A stretch of 64,000 nt of DNA from the human T2T-CHM13v2.0 reference genome, Homo sapiens: assembly GCF_009914755.1 (NCBI RefSeq), contig NC_060944.1; one strand, given 5' to 3'. A program made the translations under genes and the position numbers. This document shows, in pieces, positions 43,356-57,378 of the stretch (positions within the stretch are counted from its first letter, which is position 1; each line of letters opens with the position of its first letter). Below the pieces are notes generated by a model that saw only the letters and a program-made list of their open reading frames with translations, had not been told where the DNA came from and searched no databases.

Positions 43356-45774
43356 TTGGCCAGTTGGTTGCATTTGGAGTGAAAGATGGAGAAAGGTGAT
43401 GGGAGCAACTGGCTGGAGTGAATCATAGAAGAGTCACATCAGAGAAAAGAGCAGCTTTTGACAGATATGTATCCAAGGACAGTGCCCTGTAGACTGAAAT
43501 GCAGAGCTCCTGGAAGTAAGGAATGCAGCAGAGGATGGGTCTGCGGGTCTCAATGGCAAACTTAATCAGCTGTGTAAGTTTGTGGAGAGCCAGTCACTAT
43601 GGAGAAATCCTGGCTATGCTTCCACATTGCTGAAATTGCCTATCAGATAAATTTTCCTTCCACCATAAAGCAAATCTTTCTTCTATTCAATGTCTATTTG
43701 CCTAGTGGAAAGCATCACACTATTAAATTCCTCCACTCTCTAAGGTCGTCTCTATTGAATATTTCTGAAGGTCACCAGTATGCAGCCTAATGGGCCATTT
43801 GATTTTAGGCTACTGAAAAAGTATTACATGCATCTTCCAAATGTGGTCACAGTTCATAAGTAGCTTAGGCACCAATAGAAGCTAGGTTGGAGTGCAACTT
43901 GTTCCATCAGGGGTGCTGCATTTTAGGAAGTGAGGACTCCAGATAATGCCGTGGTAGGTTTCAACATGTTTTCATTTTTTAACTGTCAAATTCCAGCTTC
44001 TCCTTGATTTTTCAGGCTTAAAATGAAACATCAGAAATGGAAAGATATTAACCCTATATTCAGGCTCCCTCTGCCCTTCATTCCCCACTACAGAACTTTC
44101 CTGAAATTCTTTTCACAGACTGCCATGCTCTGTACAAGGTAAAGAGTTAAAAAATATTTCCTGAGTTGACTTAAAGAATGCTGAATACACTTGCTCGTTT
44201 CATTAATGCTTTAGTGGCATATTACATCCAAAGAGTTTAGCCACTGTAGCTTGTTTCCTGGTTTGACAAAGTATTGCTTATTATTTGAATTTATGAGAAA
44301 TTTCAAACTAGGTCTTCCAGTGTGATAAAGAAATAAGCCAACTCATACTTGCATAGAGAGATTTCTTTCCACCCCAAAGGTTCCTGAAAGATAATCCCAA
44401 AACAAGAATCCTTGGAAATTTTCCTACTTAAATGAGAAAGGCTTTGGATAGCCAGATCACAATTAATGACTGCATTGGTTTGCCCAGAGGCAATGGGGCT
44501 TGTTAATTGAGACACAGAGATCCTGGAGGGTGGCCCGATTACCACATGGCCGCTAGAAATATTGTGAATGGCAATAACCAGGCTATTTTAGCCTGGTTTC
44601 ATTCTGATGTGATTCCTATGGCAAATTCCATGAAAAAGGATGTGTCCCCACGGCCCAGAGCCTCCCTGCTCCTCCCCAGGCTCCAGGCCCAGGATCCCAT
44701 AGCCACGGTTCTGGCCTCAGCTACTCCCTTCTTGCACGGGGTTGGTTCCTTCCCAGGTGAGCCCTCTTCTTTACAGTATCATTCCCCAGGCCACACCCAG
44801 AATGGAGATCTTTCAAATAAGAAAGGTTTCTGGAGGTAACCAGGTCTCCATATTCTTCATCACACAACTCACCCCACCAACTTCCCCGCACCATACATAG
44901 CACCCTTCAGCACATATGAAAACACTTGTTTGCCAACTGGGCTAACTCTGGTTGGTCCACAAGGTTATTTGGTACTAATTATCCATAGAACGAATACACT
45001 ACCCCCAACGACCTACCTTACTTTCATCTCCTACTTGGCTTTCTACCAGGGAGACTTGGTACCTGCAGAAGGTGATGAAACAGGCAAACGTTGTTTGTCA
45101 ATAATCACAATGAGGAAGGGACTTTGTCACTTCCATCCATCCAGAGGCTCCATAGTGCTTTGGACATTTCAGAGTTGGACTTGACAACATTAGGAATTAT
45201 TTCTCTTCCTCCTTCTGGGCCGGTTCTGAGCTATGCAGACAGCTCTTAATCCACATTCCAGACCATCCGAAGCTTTGGCTGCTGTTCTAGGTTTGGCTCT
45301 GCTGTGCATAGAGTAGGAAAGAGAAGAGTAGGCAGAGGTGCAAAGATCTTGCTCCTGAATGCTAAATAAAGGAAATGCAGCATTTTTTTGCCTAATAAGA
45401 TCAATGCAATAATCCAAGTTTCAACTCCATGAAATATTAACCCTCCGGCAGAACAGATAAACAAAAGGAAAAGAAAAGAATATTAACAATGTTGGGAATA
45501 GGAGACAATGAGTAACTATAACGTGCAAGGGTAAAAGCTCACTCTATCTGCCTAATAAAATAGAATCATTTGTTTGAAATTCACATGTGGTTATGCTTGA
45601 TTTATCTTTAGCCAATCCAATTAAAAGCCCAGTTCCAGAGCTTTCCTCCAGAGTGACTTAAGTGGTCAAACCATAATACATTCAGTTTGCAAGTGGCATA
45701 ATTAAAACAAGATGCCAGTTAAGGGCCTTGGAGTGGCTTAAAATAAAATCTGACTCCTCATCAAAAAATGTACA

Positions 45775-45970
45775 CAAAGGTATAGTGTGGCAGGAAGCAA
45801 GAAGGGAAATTCAGACTTTCGTTCTATTCCTGGCTGTGTCTCTAACTTACTCCAGACTGCGTGCCAGTCACTTAACTCTTTAGGCTCTGCTCTGCTGTCT
45901 TATCTTTGAAAATAATGAGGAGCAACTCTCCTGCCGGCCTCCAGCAATACTGCAAGGCTCAAAGGAAACA
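45775..45970 (+). mobile_element. MIR
   Basis: ggtatagtg...gttctattcctggctgtgtctctaact...agtcacttaactct. Confidence 0.6.
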
Positions 45971-47508
45971 CATCTAGAAATATACAGAAAGAAAACAGCC
46001 CATTTAACATAGGGTATGATAGTATTGATTACAAATGTTGGTTATTCGTGGTAACGGGGATGGTGGCATTTGTAAAAACGTTGCTGGGATATCACTGCAG
46101 GGAGTGTAGAAGGAAGCCAGGCTTGGTGTCTATTAAATTCCAGGAAAGCATAAAATAAAAATATTTTACTGATAGAACAAATAATTGAAGTGACATAGAA
46201 ATGGCAACAGTCTAAAGTCCTAAAAAGGTTGGTTTGGTCCTTATGAGTGTAGTTTTGTAACTGTGGCCATGCTGGTGAACCAAGGGGGAGACCAGGTCTG
46301 GGAGCCTTTGAGCCTGAAGAGGGAGGAGAAAACAAGGAAAGGATACGATGGGCAATCCTTAGCCAGCTCAGAGGATAAGATCTGGATCCCTTTAGGGAGG
46401 GCATGGATGAAGCAACTGAGTGGTTCATTTTCATAAGAGTTAAGCAGTGATATAACCAAAGATTGAACTATTTGTATCGAGGTTCCGTACCAAACTAGTG
46501 CTCCTTAACTTTCTAAGATCATGGACTCCCTTGAGAATCTTACGAAAGCCAGAGAACCCTCATCTTGGGAGGCTGGGGCAGGAGGAAGTGCACACACATG
46601 TCTCTACAATTCTGCTCCTGGAAGCCCGGGTGTGGAATGTTGGTTTGGAAACCCCAAACCAAGCCTTCATCTCCAAGAATGCAACATTCATTTTTATTTG
46701 TCTTTCTAGCATTTCTTAAGCAGAGTTCCTGGGCTGCTCATGGAATTGACCAAGTTCTGATGAAAGAAATGATCTAAAGTGTTATCTACTTTGGCTGACA
46801 GCACTAATTGACATTCACCAAAGTAAGGCTAGCCTCATTGATCCTTCATAAAGAGGGCAAGGATGTTTATGTTCTCAAAAGTTCATGGGCAAGAAGGCTG
46901 CAGGTTGCCAAGCATACCCTCACCTAGCCCCAGGTTTGGCCCAAATGGAAACATCACCCTTTCATGAGTGTTCCTACTTTAACTGAACCATCTTCTAACT
47001 CAGGCCTTAAAGAAGGTCCACATGGCCCTGCTGGGCTGCTCCCCAATCCTGGTCTCAACCAAAGGTCCAAGGTGAACATATGACTGGAGGAACCAACTTC
47101 CTCAGGAGTCCCCTTGCCCTCACAGACTCATTTCCACCTCCAGGCCTTTGCATGGGCTGTCCCTTCCACCTAAAATGCTGTCTCCCCTTCTCTATGTGAG
47201 TAAAAATGGGAATTAATGGGTACAAACCCAAACGTAAGTGCGTTGAGCATGTGATTTAATAGCCTAAGGGGTAATTCAATACAAATATCACAAAATCAAA
47301 AAATCTTAAAATCTTAGGGTTGGTTTACTCCTCAAAGGTCATTTACTCCAACTATCTAACACTAATACTAATATTTATAGCAATAAATAGTGATAATGAC
47401 ATTAATACTAATATCACCAGTAATATCATTACTAACACAAGCAATCCATCTCCTTGAGTACTGATCTGGCTCATCAGTTGTTTTTCTTTTTGCAGGACAA
47501 TTAATTCT

Positions 47509-47511
<3 letters not shown>

Positions 47512-47553
<42 letters not shown>
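47512..47553. repeat. (AC)21 microsatellite
   Basis: Perfect dinucleotide run. Confidence 0.97.
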
Positions 47554-47555
<2 letters not shown>

Positions 47556-48140
47556 CAGGTATTTAGACAAAGAAACATAGCATAAGACTAAAGTTGCATG
47601 ACCTTAAAAAAATAAAGAAAGAATTGAAAATAGTTACTATTTCTGTGTACTCCAGGATGACCTTGAGGGAAAAACAGACAAGAATCTGATAATTTAGAAC
47701 CATGCGTGCACACATACACCCCTCATTTTGTTCTGGGAAGGTAGCCCAAACCTTTCAGTTTTTGTGCTAATATGGCCCAAGAAGAAGGGAGAAGGGGTCT
47801 TAATGAAAGCTTTGTTTTGTAATAAAAAGAATGAAATCAGATCCACCATTTACAAATGACTTTGCATGTCACAAAAGTCTCTTCCTATCCTTCAAATGCA
47901 GAGACTTGATCAAATACTCAGTCAAATGCTCATCCACCTGCCATTTAAACGCTCAGATTTTCTTCCCAGAAACTCCTCTCCACCACCACTAGAGCCTGTT
48001 AACTCAGGTGTTTCCAAAAGCAAGGGTTTCCTCCTTCTCTCACCCCAGAAAGCTAGCAGAAGTCATCCCTCCATCTTTGCATCCCCTGGGTCCTTCCAGA
48101 GATCAAAGAGCACAGAGATGCAATACTTCCCGTCACTCAC

Positions 48141-48268
48141 CCTGAAAACATCTCCCTACAGGATTGGATTCCACCACCAACCTTTGGCCCAAGTTGGCAC
48201 AGATGTGGGGCATGTGTCACAGCCATGCGGCAAAAGCAGCAGCTCATTTTTCTAGCTCACATTTTTCA
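48141..48268 (-). other. Candidate 128-nt exon
   Basis: Minus strand: ctttgtctacag| ... AGG|gtgagt; motif evidence only. Confidence 0.3.
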
Positions 48269-48679
48269 CTGTAGACAAAGTATCTGGAAATGGCTCAGGC
48301 ATCACATTATTGTGAAAGCTGTCATGCTAAAGGCTAAGCTCTCAGTGTCAATTTATGAAAGGCAGCAGACAATTATTTGCTAGGTGCAAGGTGTGCATGG
48401 ATGTGTATAAACATGTCTGGAGGTTATTTCTGATGATGGAGAGGCATGTTTTTCCATAAAGGAATAGTCTAAAATAAGGAAAAATATTACTAATGTAGTC
48501 CATGTGGAGACAGTTTCTCTGTTCAATTACTTTTTACCTGATGTTTTGCTATGCTCTCCACAATGTGCTTTACCCATGCTTAGCATTTCAGGGTGCCGTC
48601 CCACAACACTGTCTCACCTTCTCCTCCTCATAGACTTGTGAGGTTAGCTCCCCTTCACATGTGAAGAATGAGGTATCTC

Positions 48680-48867
48680 AGAAACCCCAACTCTACTAAA
48701 AAGACAAAAATTAGCTGAGCGTAGTGGCACATGCCTGAAACCCCAGCTTGGGAGGCCAAGGCAGGGGAATCACTTGAAACAAGGAGGAGGAGGTTGCAGT
48801 GAACAGAGATTGTGCCACCGCACTCCAGCCTGGGCAACAGAGTGAGACTCTGTCTCAAAAAAAAAAT
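48680..48867 (+). mobile_element. 5'-truncated AluS within a MIR remnant
   Basis: Starts at gaaaccccaactctactaaaa, full right arm and poly(A). Confidence 0.92.
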
Positions 48868-49629
48868 AGATTGAGGAGAGCGACATATAACTGCACTGTA
48901 GGACACATAGCTGGGCTAGAGGACATGCACGTCCTTCTTAGAGTCTGGGCCATATATCATAGTAAATAGTGAGTTTAATAGAGGTCCATTGCCTGAATAA
49001 TCTTTGGGAGAACCTCTTAGACAATACTCCATTGTAACATTGAAAGGACATGCAGTCATTCTTTTGCCTTATTTCCAAGTTTTGTATAAGTTTTCATAAC
49101 AGCTTTTAATCAAATCCTTATCTCTTATTTATAAAATAAGAAATACAACTATTGTAAGATGATATCTGTAGTTATAATACTGATTGTACCAAGTGACAAT
49201 TAATTATTTTCTAAGCCCAGATTCTAAAGAACTGGGCTTTTGTTCAATCTGCAAAACCACCTCCTGGTGGGTCCAGGCTTTCCAGAAGTGTGTGCATGCC
49301 ACAAACATTCAGTATTAGCCTCCCCAGGGGTAAGGACATGAGGCCTCTGTTTGGCAGAGCCAAAAAGGGTCTCTCTCATTATCTCTGAACCCTGAGCTGC
49401 TTGGAGCTGCCTGGAGCAGAGCCCCAGTTGATGCCCTGTGGGAGGTCTTCTGACTTCTGTCTCAGAAGATGACCAAGGCCTCCATGGTCTCCCTCCACCC
49501 AGAATCCCAGTCTGGAGCTGGCTCTGGGGGTATGGTTGTGCTCTATAAGGCTGTCTCTCAACCCTAAACCTCCCAACCTCCTTCAATGTCACAGGCCTAT
49601 GATGACAACACCCAACACTTCATACTTCT

Positions 49630-49745
49630 CAGAGTCTTTTCTCTCATTTCCTTTCCCATCATATGCCTCTCTCTTCCTTTTCTCCCTCCCATTTCCCTTA
49701 TCTCCTTTCTCTTCATCTTTATCTCTCTTTTCCCCCTAGCCCTTT
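49630..49745. repeat. CT-rich low complexity
   Basis: Pyrimidine-rich tract. Confidence 0.7.
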
Positions 49746-49759
49746 TACATTTGATCGTG

Positions 49760-50160
49760 TCACTCTCTTGGTTAGGATAAAACACAAACCCCTCCCCATG
49801 GTTTCAGTACCTGCTATTCCCTCTGCTTGAGACACCATTCCCTCTAAAATTCCTTGGGCTAGTTCCTACTCTCTGCTAGGTTTCTGCTTAAACCTCATTT
49901 TTCTCAAAAAGAATTTCTCCTAACACCATCACCCCACGTTAAGTCCTTTCCTTTTATTCTTTCTCATATTGCTCTGTTTCTATAGCTATAGCAATTATCT
50001 CCATTTTAATTAAATATGTATTTGCATGTTTATGTGTTTAATATCTGCATAGGCATTTGGATGGAGACTTTGTGGGCAGGACTACACCTGTGTTTTCTGC
50101 CACCTCTGTGGTCTGCACCCACCACTGTGCCCAATTCATAGTAGATGCTCCGTCGCTGGT
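49760..50160 (+). mobile_element. L2 3' end
   Basis: ctgctattccctctgcttgagacac...cactgtgcccaattcatagtagatgctc. Confidence 0.65.
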
Positions 50161-50885
50161 AAACCTGGTGCCTCACCCACTCCTTCTTCACTGCCACCTT
50201 CTCTAAGCTCACATCTTACTTCTAGAATATGATGGGATCACTGGCAGTAAGGAACGTCCAGCTCGAAGAAGGCAGCTGGGAAAGATATTTTAAACACACT
50301 CAGACCCCCAGTGCCTGACATCATCCCTGTTTCCCTGTTAGCATTACCAGTTCCCAGTATTTGTTGAATGAATGAATTATTAATATTATTCTACCTAATT
50401 TCAAAGCACTATTTCAGACATTAAACCATGAAATACTAGGAACAAAACCACTTGACACAGAGAGAAAAATGATGTATCTACAGGAAAGACTGCTCTGGAC
50501 ATCGCTAGACCCAGGGTTTGGGGTAGGATGAACAGTCAGTCATTCAAGCATTGGTGGTAACCAGGGAGCACACTCTGGAGCCACAGCAAGGCCAACAAGG
50601 GCAGGTGACTTGTAGGAAGAGCAAGGCCGGGAGGCAGTTCCAGCTCCTCCACCCCTCCTAGTGACCTTGGGCAGCTCACCTCACCTCCTCTATCACTGTC
50701 TTTCCAGCTGGATTCCTCAAAGGACCATTCTGAAGAACAAGTAAAAAAAGTCTATGTTTAAGGTATGATGAAAACCATCATCAGTCAGTAGAAGGTGAGA
50801 ATGAGAGCAGGTTGACCTTCAGACCTGTGGATCAAGAAGAAACATGAGATGACCACAGGTGAGCCATAAATCACACCAAAGTAGC

Positions 50886-51637
50886 TGTTGATGAAAATAG
50901 TCTAACTCTGTAAAATACTTGAGATTTATTCTGAGCCAAATATGAGTGACCATGGCCCATGACATAGCCCTCAGGAGGTCCTGAGAACATGTGCCCAAGG
51001 TGGTTGGTGCAGCTTGGTTTTATATATTTTAGGAAGGCATGAGACATCAATCAAATACATTTAAGAAATACATTGGTTTGATTCAGAAAGGCAGGACAAC
51101 TCAAAGTGGGGGCTTCCAGGCTATAGGGAAATTTAAACATTTTCTGGTTGACAATTGGTTGAGTTTGTCTAAAGACCTGGGATCCATAGAAAGGAATGTT
51201 CAGATTAAAGATAAAGGGTTGTGGAGACCATGTTTAGTGTGCAGAGGAAGCTCTCAGATAGCAGACTTCAGAGAGAGCAGGTTGTAAATTGTTTCTTATC
51301 GGACTTAGAAAGGGTGCCTGGCTCTTAGTTGATTATCTCCTGGATTTGGAAAGAAAGGAAGGAAAACAAAGGGGGAAGGGGATTCTCTATAGAATGTGGA
51401 TTTTTCCCACAAGAGATTTTGCAGGGCAATTTCAAGGTATGTCAAGGGAATATATTTTGGGGTTAAGTATTTTTTCCATTTCTCATAATGTTAAGCCAGA
51501 GTCAGATTGAAAGTAAGTCACAATATATAGGGTCAAATAAAACCCATCAGATGAGAATTTATGGTTTGTAGGGCATGACTCCATAGACTCCTTAGGTAGG
51601 AATTTGGGTAAGATAAAAAATCAGTGCTTAGTCCTCA
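50886..51637 (-). mobile_element. MER4E-like solo LTR (ERV1)
   Basis: Complete TG...CA element (minus strand starts tgaggactaagcactgattttt); perfect 4-bp TSD tagc. Confidence 0.9.
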
Positions 51638-51713
51638 TAGCCAAGGGACGAGGTAAAAGTTCACTTACAGCAAGAGGTTCCTGTGAAGACCTAACAACAT
51701 GACTCCTTCCAGT

Positions 51714-52008
51714 TGTTGTTGTTTATTGTTGAGACAGGGTCCCTCTTTGTCACCCAGGCTGGAGTGCAGTGGTACGATCATAGCTCACTGCAGCCTCCAA
51801 CTCCTGGGCTCAAGTGATCCTCCCACCTCAGCCTCCTGAGTAGCTAAGACTAGAGGCGTGAGCCATCACACCTGGCTAACTTTATTATTTTGGTAGAGAT
51901 GGGTCTCTTTGTTGCCAGACTGGTCTCAAACTACTGGCCTCAAGCAATCCTCTCACCTTGGCCTCCCAAAGCACTGGAATTACAGACGTGAGCCACTGCA
52001 CCCGGCCT
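51714..52008 (-). mobile_element. AluJ
   Basis: (GTT)n tail; atcatagctcactgcagcctc J diagnostics; TSD-like tcctt(cc/tg)agtt. Confidence 0.94.
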
Positions 52009-52019
52009 CCTTTGAGTTT

Positions 52020-52146
52020 TCTTTTTCTTCTTTTTTTTAATTTTAATTTTAATTTTTTATTATATTTTAAGTTCTGGGGTACATGTGCACAATGTGAAGG
52101 TTTGTTACATAGGTATGCGTGTGCCATGTTGGTTTGCTGCACCCAC
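52020..52146 (-). mobile_element. Very short L1PA 3' terminus
   Basis: ttattatattttaagttctggggtacatgtgcacaatgtgaaggtttgttacatagg. Confidence 0.9.
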
Positions 52147-52902
52147 CAAATTGACTGCTTGCTTAGTTTGAGTCACTGTCAAGCCAGCCCCAGACGTCTA
52201 TAAATAATACCAAGAGCTTTTCCCTTCTTGGTGCCTGCGGTTTGCCAAGTTTCTCCTCTGCCAATGAGCCCTGTGAATTGGCCACCACTTGCCAATACCT
52301 CAACTATGATGTTCCATTCCATTACCCTTTGCCTCAGAAGAAGCAGGTGGGAGCCAAGTCCGCACACTGGCTCTGAGGGAGCTCATAACCAATGTGTCTG
52401 GATTGGTTAGAATCAGCTCAAATTAAAAGTGTGTGTGTTTGCCTTTGGGTTAGATTTTGTTTGTTTTTTTTAAAGAATCTGGGAAAGTAACCAAGAATTT
52501 TGTAAAAAAACAAAACAAACCAAAAAACTTTTCCTAAAGGGGCACCTCAAACCTGGTTCTCACAGCACAGAAAAATGACACAGAAGGTACCATTTGTTCA
52601 CCCACTGATTTCATCCTCCAGTGAGCAAGGTATAAAAATGCCATCTTCTCAACCATTTTTATGTTTGTAGGGTTTCCATGGGGAGGGATTTGCCCCGTCT
52701 TTCTTCGTTCCTCTGAATGTAATGAAAACAACAGTTGTTTTTCTCTCATGTCTTTGAATCGCCACCTTCCCTGATGCAATGCAGATGTGTTGGTTTTGCA
52801 AATAAAAAAGGATGTGTGGGTGTCAGAGCATTGACCCCGGGAGATGTACCCTGAAATGCTGAGGCTGTGGAGGAAGGAGGGGCTGGCAGGACCCTCTGGC
52901 TA

Positions 52903-54075
52903 AAAAATAAAAGTAGAACTACATCAAACTAAAAAGCTTCTGCACAATCAACTGAAACAATCAACTAAATGGAAAGGCAACCTATGGAAGTGGAGAAAAT
53001 ATTTGCAGCCCATATATCTGATAACATCCAAACTATATAAGAACTCATACAACTTAATAGCAAAAAATAATAATAATAAGTAATCTGATTTAAAGATGGA
53101 CAAAGGACCTGAATAGCTATTTCTCCAAAGATAAACGAACAGCCAACAGGTACATGAAAGAGTGTTCAACATCACTAATCATCAAGGAAATGCAAAATTA
53201 AAACAATAATGAGATATCAGCTCACACCTATTAGGATGACTTATAAAAAAGACAAAAGCTAAGTGCCAGTGAGGGTATGAAGAAAAGGGAACCTTCACAG
53301 ACTGTCAGTTGGGAATGTAAATTGGTACAACCACTCTGGAAAACAGTATGACGACTCCTCAAAAAATTAAAAGTAGGAGTATGACACGATCCAGGAATCC
53401 TACTGTGGGTATATATCCAAAAGAATGGAAATCAGTGTCTTCAAAAGATATTTGCACTCTCATGTTCATTGCAGCACTATGCGTAATAGCCCAGGCACGG
53501 AAACAGCCCCAGTGTTTGTCAACTGCTTAATAAAGACTATACGATGATATATATACTGGAATATTATTTAGCAAAAGAAAAAAAGAAATCCTACCACAAA
53601 AGAAATCCTTGCAATAATGTGATGAAACTGGAGGGCATTGTGCTAAGTGAAATAAATCAGACAAAGAAAGACAGATACTGTATGATCTCACTTTTATGGG
53701 GAATCTAAAGAAGTCAAACTCATAGAAACAGGGAGTAGAATCAGAATGATGTTTGCAGGGCCTAGGGGAGAGGGTTATAAGGAGATGTTGATTAAATGAT
53801 ACAAAGTTTCAGTTATAAGATGGGTGAACTCTGGGATTCAATGCACAGCATGATGACTCTAGTTAGCAATAATGTATTGTATACTTAAAATTTGTTAAGA
53901 GAATAGGTCTTAAATATTCTCACAACAAACACACACAAAGATATGCAAGGTGATAGATTAATTATCTGGTTTATGGTAATCATTTCACAATGTGTACATA
54001 TATCAAAACAACATGTTGTACATGGTAAATATATTGAGCTTTTATTTGTTCATTATACCTCAAAAAAAGTGAGAA
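52903..54075 (+). mobile_element. L1MA9/L1MB-like 3' portion
   Basis: actacatcaaactaaaaagcttctgcaca...tacaaagtttcagttataagatg...cattatacctcaa. Confidence 0.9.
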
Positions 54076-54249
54076 AAAGATGGTTATAAACCTGAGTTAA
54101 ATGAAGGTAAATTGACTATTTTTAGCTGTATAAATTTACCTTGCTCTAGCGAATTTTATAGAAGAAATACTGATATTTCAGCATCAAGATTTTAATGAAA
54201 AGTCTTTAAATATATTTTAATTAAGACTTTTAATTTTTTAGTGAGAGTT

Positions 54250-54302
54250 AAGAAACTATTCTACAATAATAAAGAAAAGAAACTGTTCTACAATAATAAA
54301 GA
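54250..54302 (+). repeat. 27-bp-period tandem duplication
   Basis: aagaaact(a/g)ttctacaataataaaga twice, one mismatch. Confidence 0.92.
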
Positions 54303-55300
54303 TTAATGTTAATTACCTGAAACTACTTCTCCTAACCCTTAAACTAGAAAGGACCATCTCAACCATCCCTGGGTCTTAGGAGCACAGAGCACTACCTTCT
54401 ACAAGCATGGCATTGGAGAAGCCATTTCATTTGATGCCAGGTCTACCAATTGTGTGCATGTGAGTGGTGTGTGGTTGTGTGTGCATGCATGCACATGTGT
54501 GTAACAGTAATATATGGTTGCTAGTTTTGTCTCTCAGGTTTGAAGGGATTTTCATTTTCTATTTTATATTTTCTCTTCACTGTCTTAATTTCTTTTCAAT
54601 TGTGTTATTTTCATAATCATAAAAAAAGCTATTTCCATTTTGAAGAAAAAATAGATGGTTACTTGGCGAATAAAAATTATTCTTTATTTTCATTTCTGAA
54701 AGCTGTGTTTATGGAGAGCCAAAATTTAAATGTAATTGGGCAGAGTGACAACAGAAATGCCCAAGATAAGCAGCTATAGTCACTTTCCTAAACTCCTCCG
54801 TGTTCCAGGGTCCGCCCTCAGTTTTTCTGACCAGGGTCAGGTCCTCTGTGTCTCCTCTGTCCCCATCCCTACAACTCTTCTGCCCCATCTCATAAGATAT
54901 CATGGGCATTTGAAAATGTTTAATAACATGCATCTCCTTGGGTCTGGGATGTTGCAAAGGAACAAAACGACCCTGAAGCCATTGAGCCCAGCTTCTAAAC
55001 AAAGGGATGGTGGGACTGTTATTTAGCTCATTCCAGTTTTGTGCCCACCAGATGTGACAACTCTCAAAGGTCTCCAGTCTTTTTTGTTCTGTTTCAAGTG
55101 AACAGATCCTGCTTATAATTTTACCAGGAAAAAAAATTATCTATCTGTGCTAAGCTTCAAATTGCCTTTATTTTCCTCGGAGAAAAAAAACAACAAAACA
55201 CTTTTTTTTTTTTTTTGCTTTATTTTTTTCCTGAGTATAGCTAGCTGGTTCTTTTGCTATTTTATATCCTACCTTTTCTTCTGGTTTGTATCCCCGAACT

Positions 55301-55465
55301 CAGTGCTTCTCAAATTTTAATGTGCACAAGAGTTATCTATGGATTTTGTTAAAGTGCAGGTTCTGATTCAGCAGGTCTGGGGTGGGGCCTGAAACTCTGT
55401 ATTTTGAAAGCATATCCTGGCGAAGCCAAAGCTGCTGGCCCAGAGACCACACTGAGTAGTGAGGC
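55301..55465. mobile_element. MER5A/B
   Basis: cagtgcttctcaaa...ttctgattcagcaggtctggggtggggcctga...gaccacactgagtag. Confidence 0.85.
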
Positions 55466-57306
55466 TGTACCTCATCTGGAGACATAGGGAGGTAAAAGTA
55501 GGTACTGCATTCTACTCAGATGGCCTATTTCTTCCATACCCTAGAAGTGCTTGCAGCTCTGTTTTTAGCCAGCTCTAAATGGAGCACTTAACTAACGCAT
55601 ACTGTTATTTTAATAATATTAGGTAAATAAAAATGCAAAACTTAAGTTGCAGGGTTACTAACATCTCATCACTCCCAGTTGTCCAGTCTCTAGGTGTTCT
55701 TGGAATACTCATCCTTGTGTTCAACTCTCCCACTATCTACTTCGGGGCCTCATGCCTGCTACCTCTAAGCAGTCTAGTGTTTTTATTTAGAGCTTTCCTT
55801 GGAGCCTGCTGTCACTAAGTCAAATTCAAATGCTACCACTTACATACTGCATGTGCTGCGTGACCCTAAGCACACTGCTCCACTGTCTGAATCTCAGCTT
55901 GCACGAGTCAAAGAAAAATAAAATCTACCCTATACAGTGGCTGTGATATTTAAGTGAGATCCTGGTCTCTAGCAAGTTGATCCATTCTGACCCCACAGTC
56001 TCTTCTAGGCTAACCCCAGGGCCTGAAATCCCTTCTGTCTCACGCCCTTGTTATATTATCTTCACCAGTCTTGATTTTGATGTTAAACATGTGTCTGTGG
56101 GACAGCCGCAGATCCAAGCTTGTTGTCCCACTTGGAGCAAGTGGGCAGAACCCTCACAGTCAGACTCGTTTGAATCTCGGTTAATTTTTACCTAATTAGC
56201 AATCACAACTGCTTTACTACTTAAAAAGAAAAACTATAGCTGTTCCTAAGAATTGCATATTGATGTGAATATTCAGTAACTTGGGACACCTTTGTGCCAG
56301 ATTCCTTATTTGCTTACAAAGATCATTATTTATTCATTGACAATTTAGTTATTACCATTTTAATTGGATGATCTGAATAGCTTGAGGCAAGGGATTTCAG
56401 ATAGCTTTCGCCTGGCATACCAAGTCTGCTCAACAAATTGATAATTGGTAATGTTCCTCTGGAGTATGTTGTTAAGAAAGATTCTGAGGCTGCTTCCTTC
56501 CGGGCATGAAGGAGTACCTGATCATTTAGCAATAGCCCCGGTGGGAAGACCATCCCTTCTTTAAACCACAGGGATTTTTTTTTTTTTTGTGTGGGGGTGG
56601 GGGGAGAGGGAGGATTATATCATTCTTTCCTTATCTTCCCAATTTAGTCATATTATAAAATATTGGTAGAAATTTCTACTTCTTGGGTCAATGTTATAAA
56701 CTTTGCGTCCCTGACTTAAAGTTGGATTCTAAATTTAGTGGGAAATCCCAGGAGAACAAGAGCTAATTTTCACATTCACGTTCAGAATCAATTATTACTT
56801 ATTCTTTGAGTGCCTACTCAATGCCACACAGGCCCTGTGCTAGGCACCCTCTCAAGTCATCCTGAGAGCATGGACCCCACCAGCTGTTCTTTCACATCTA
56901 CAAAGCACATGTAAAGGTAGACAGGGCTTGTTATTCTCCCTTGTTGGAGGGTCTCTGATTTCAAATATCGAAACAAATATATTTTTTCTAAGTATATTTA
57001 ATAAATCTAGTCTCTTTTCAATTAAAAAACAGTTTCCCAGGGTTTAAAGTTCTCTAATGAGTTTCCAGAATTTTCTATGGTAGAGAAGGAAATGTGATTG
57101 CCTTTCGGAAAGCAGTTGTTATAATTCCAACATCTCATCACAACAAGCATGTTTGTTTCTCAAGACTGAAGCAGGAGAAGGGGAACTAACTTCCCACAAG
57201 ACAACCCACTTGGGGTAGCTGCTGTCAGATGCATGGGGGTTAAAATTGTCACAGAGGTGAGGAAAGGGCATTGAGAATAGTTGCACATGCAATCCAACAG
57301 GTTTAT

Positions 57307-57331
57307 TGTTTTTTCTTTTTTTTCTTCTTCT

Positions 57332-57373
<42 letters not shown>
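57307..57373. repeat. Poly-T/(TTC)n tract
   Basis: About 40 consecutive T preceded by TTC repeats. Confidence 0.95.
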
Positions 57374-57378
<5 letters not shown>

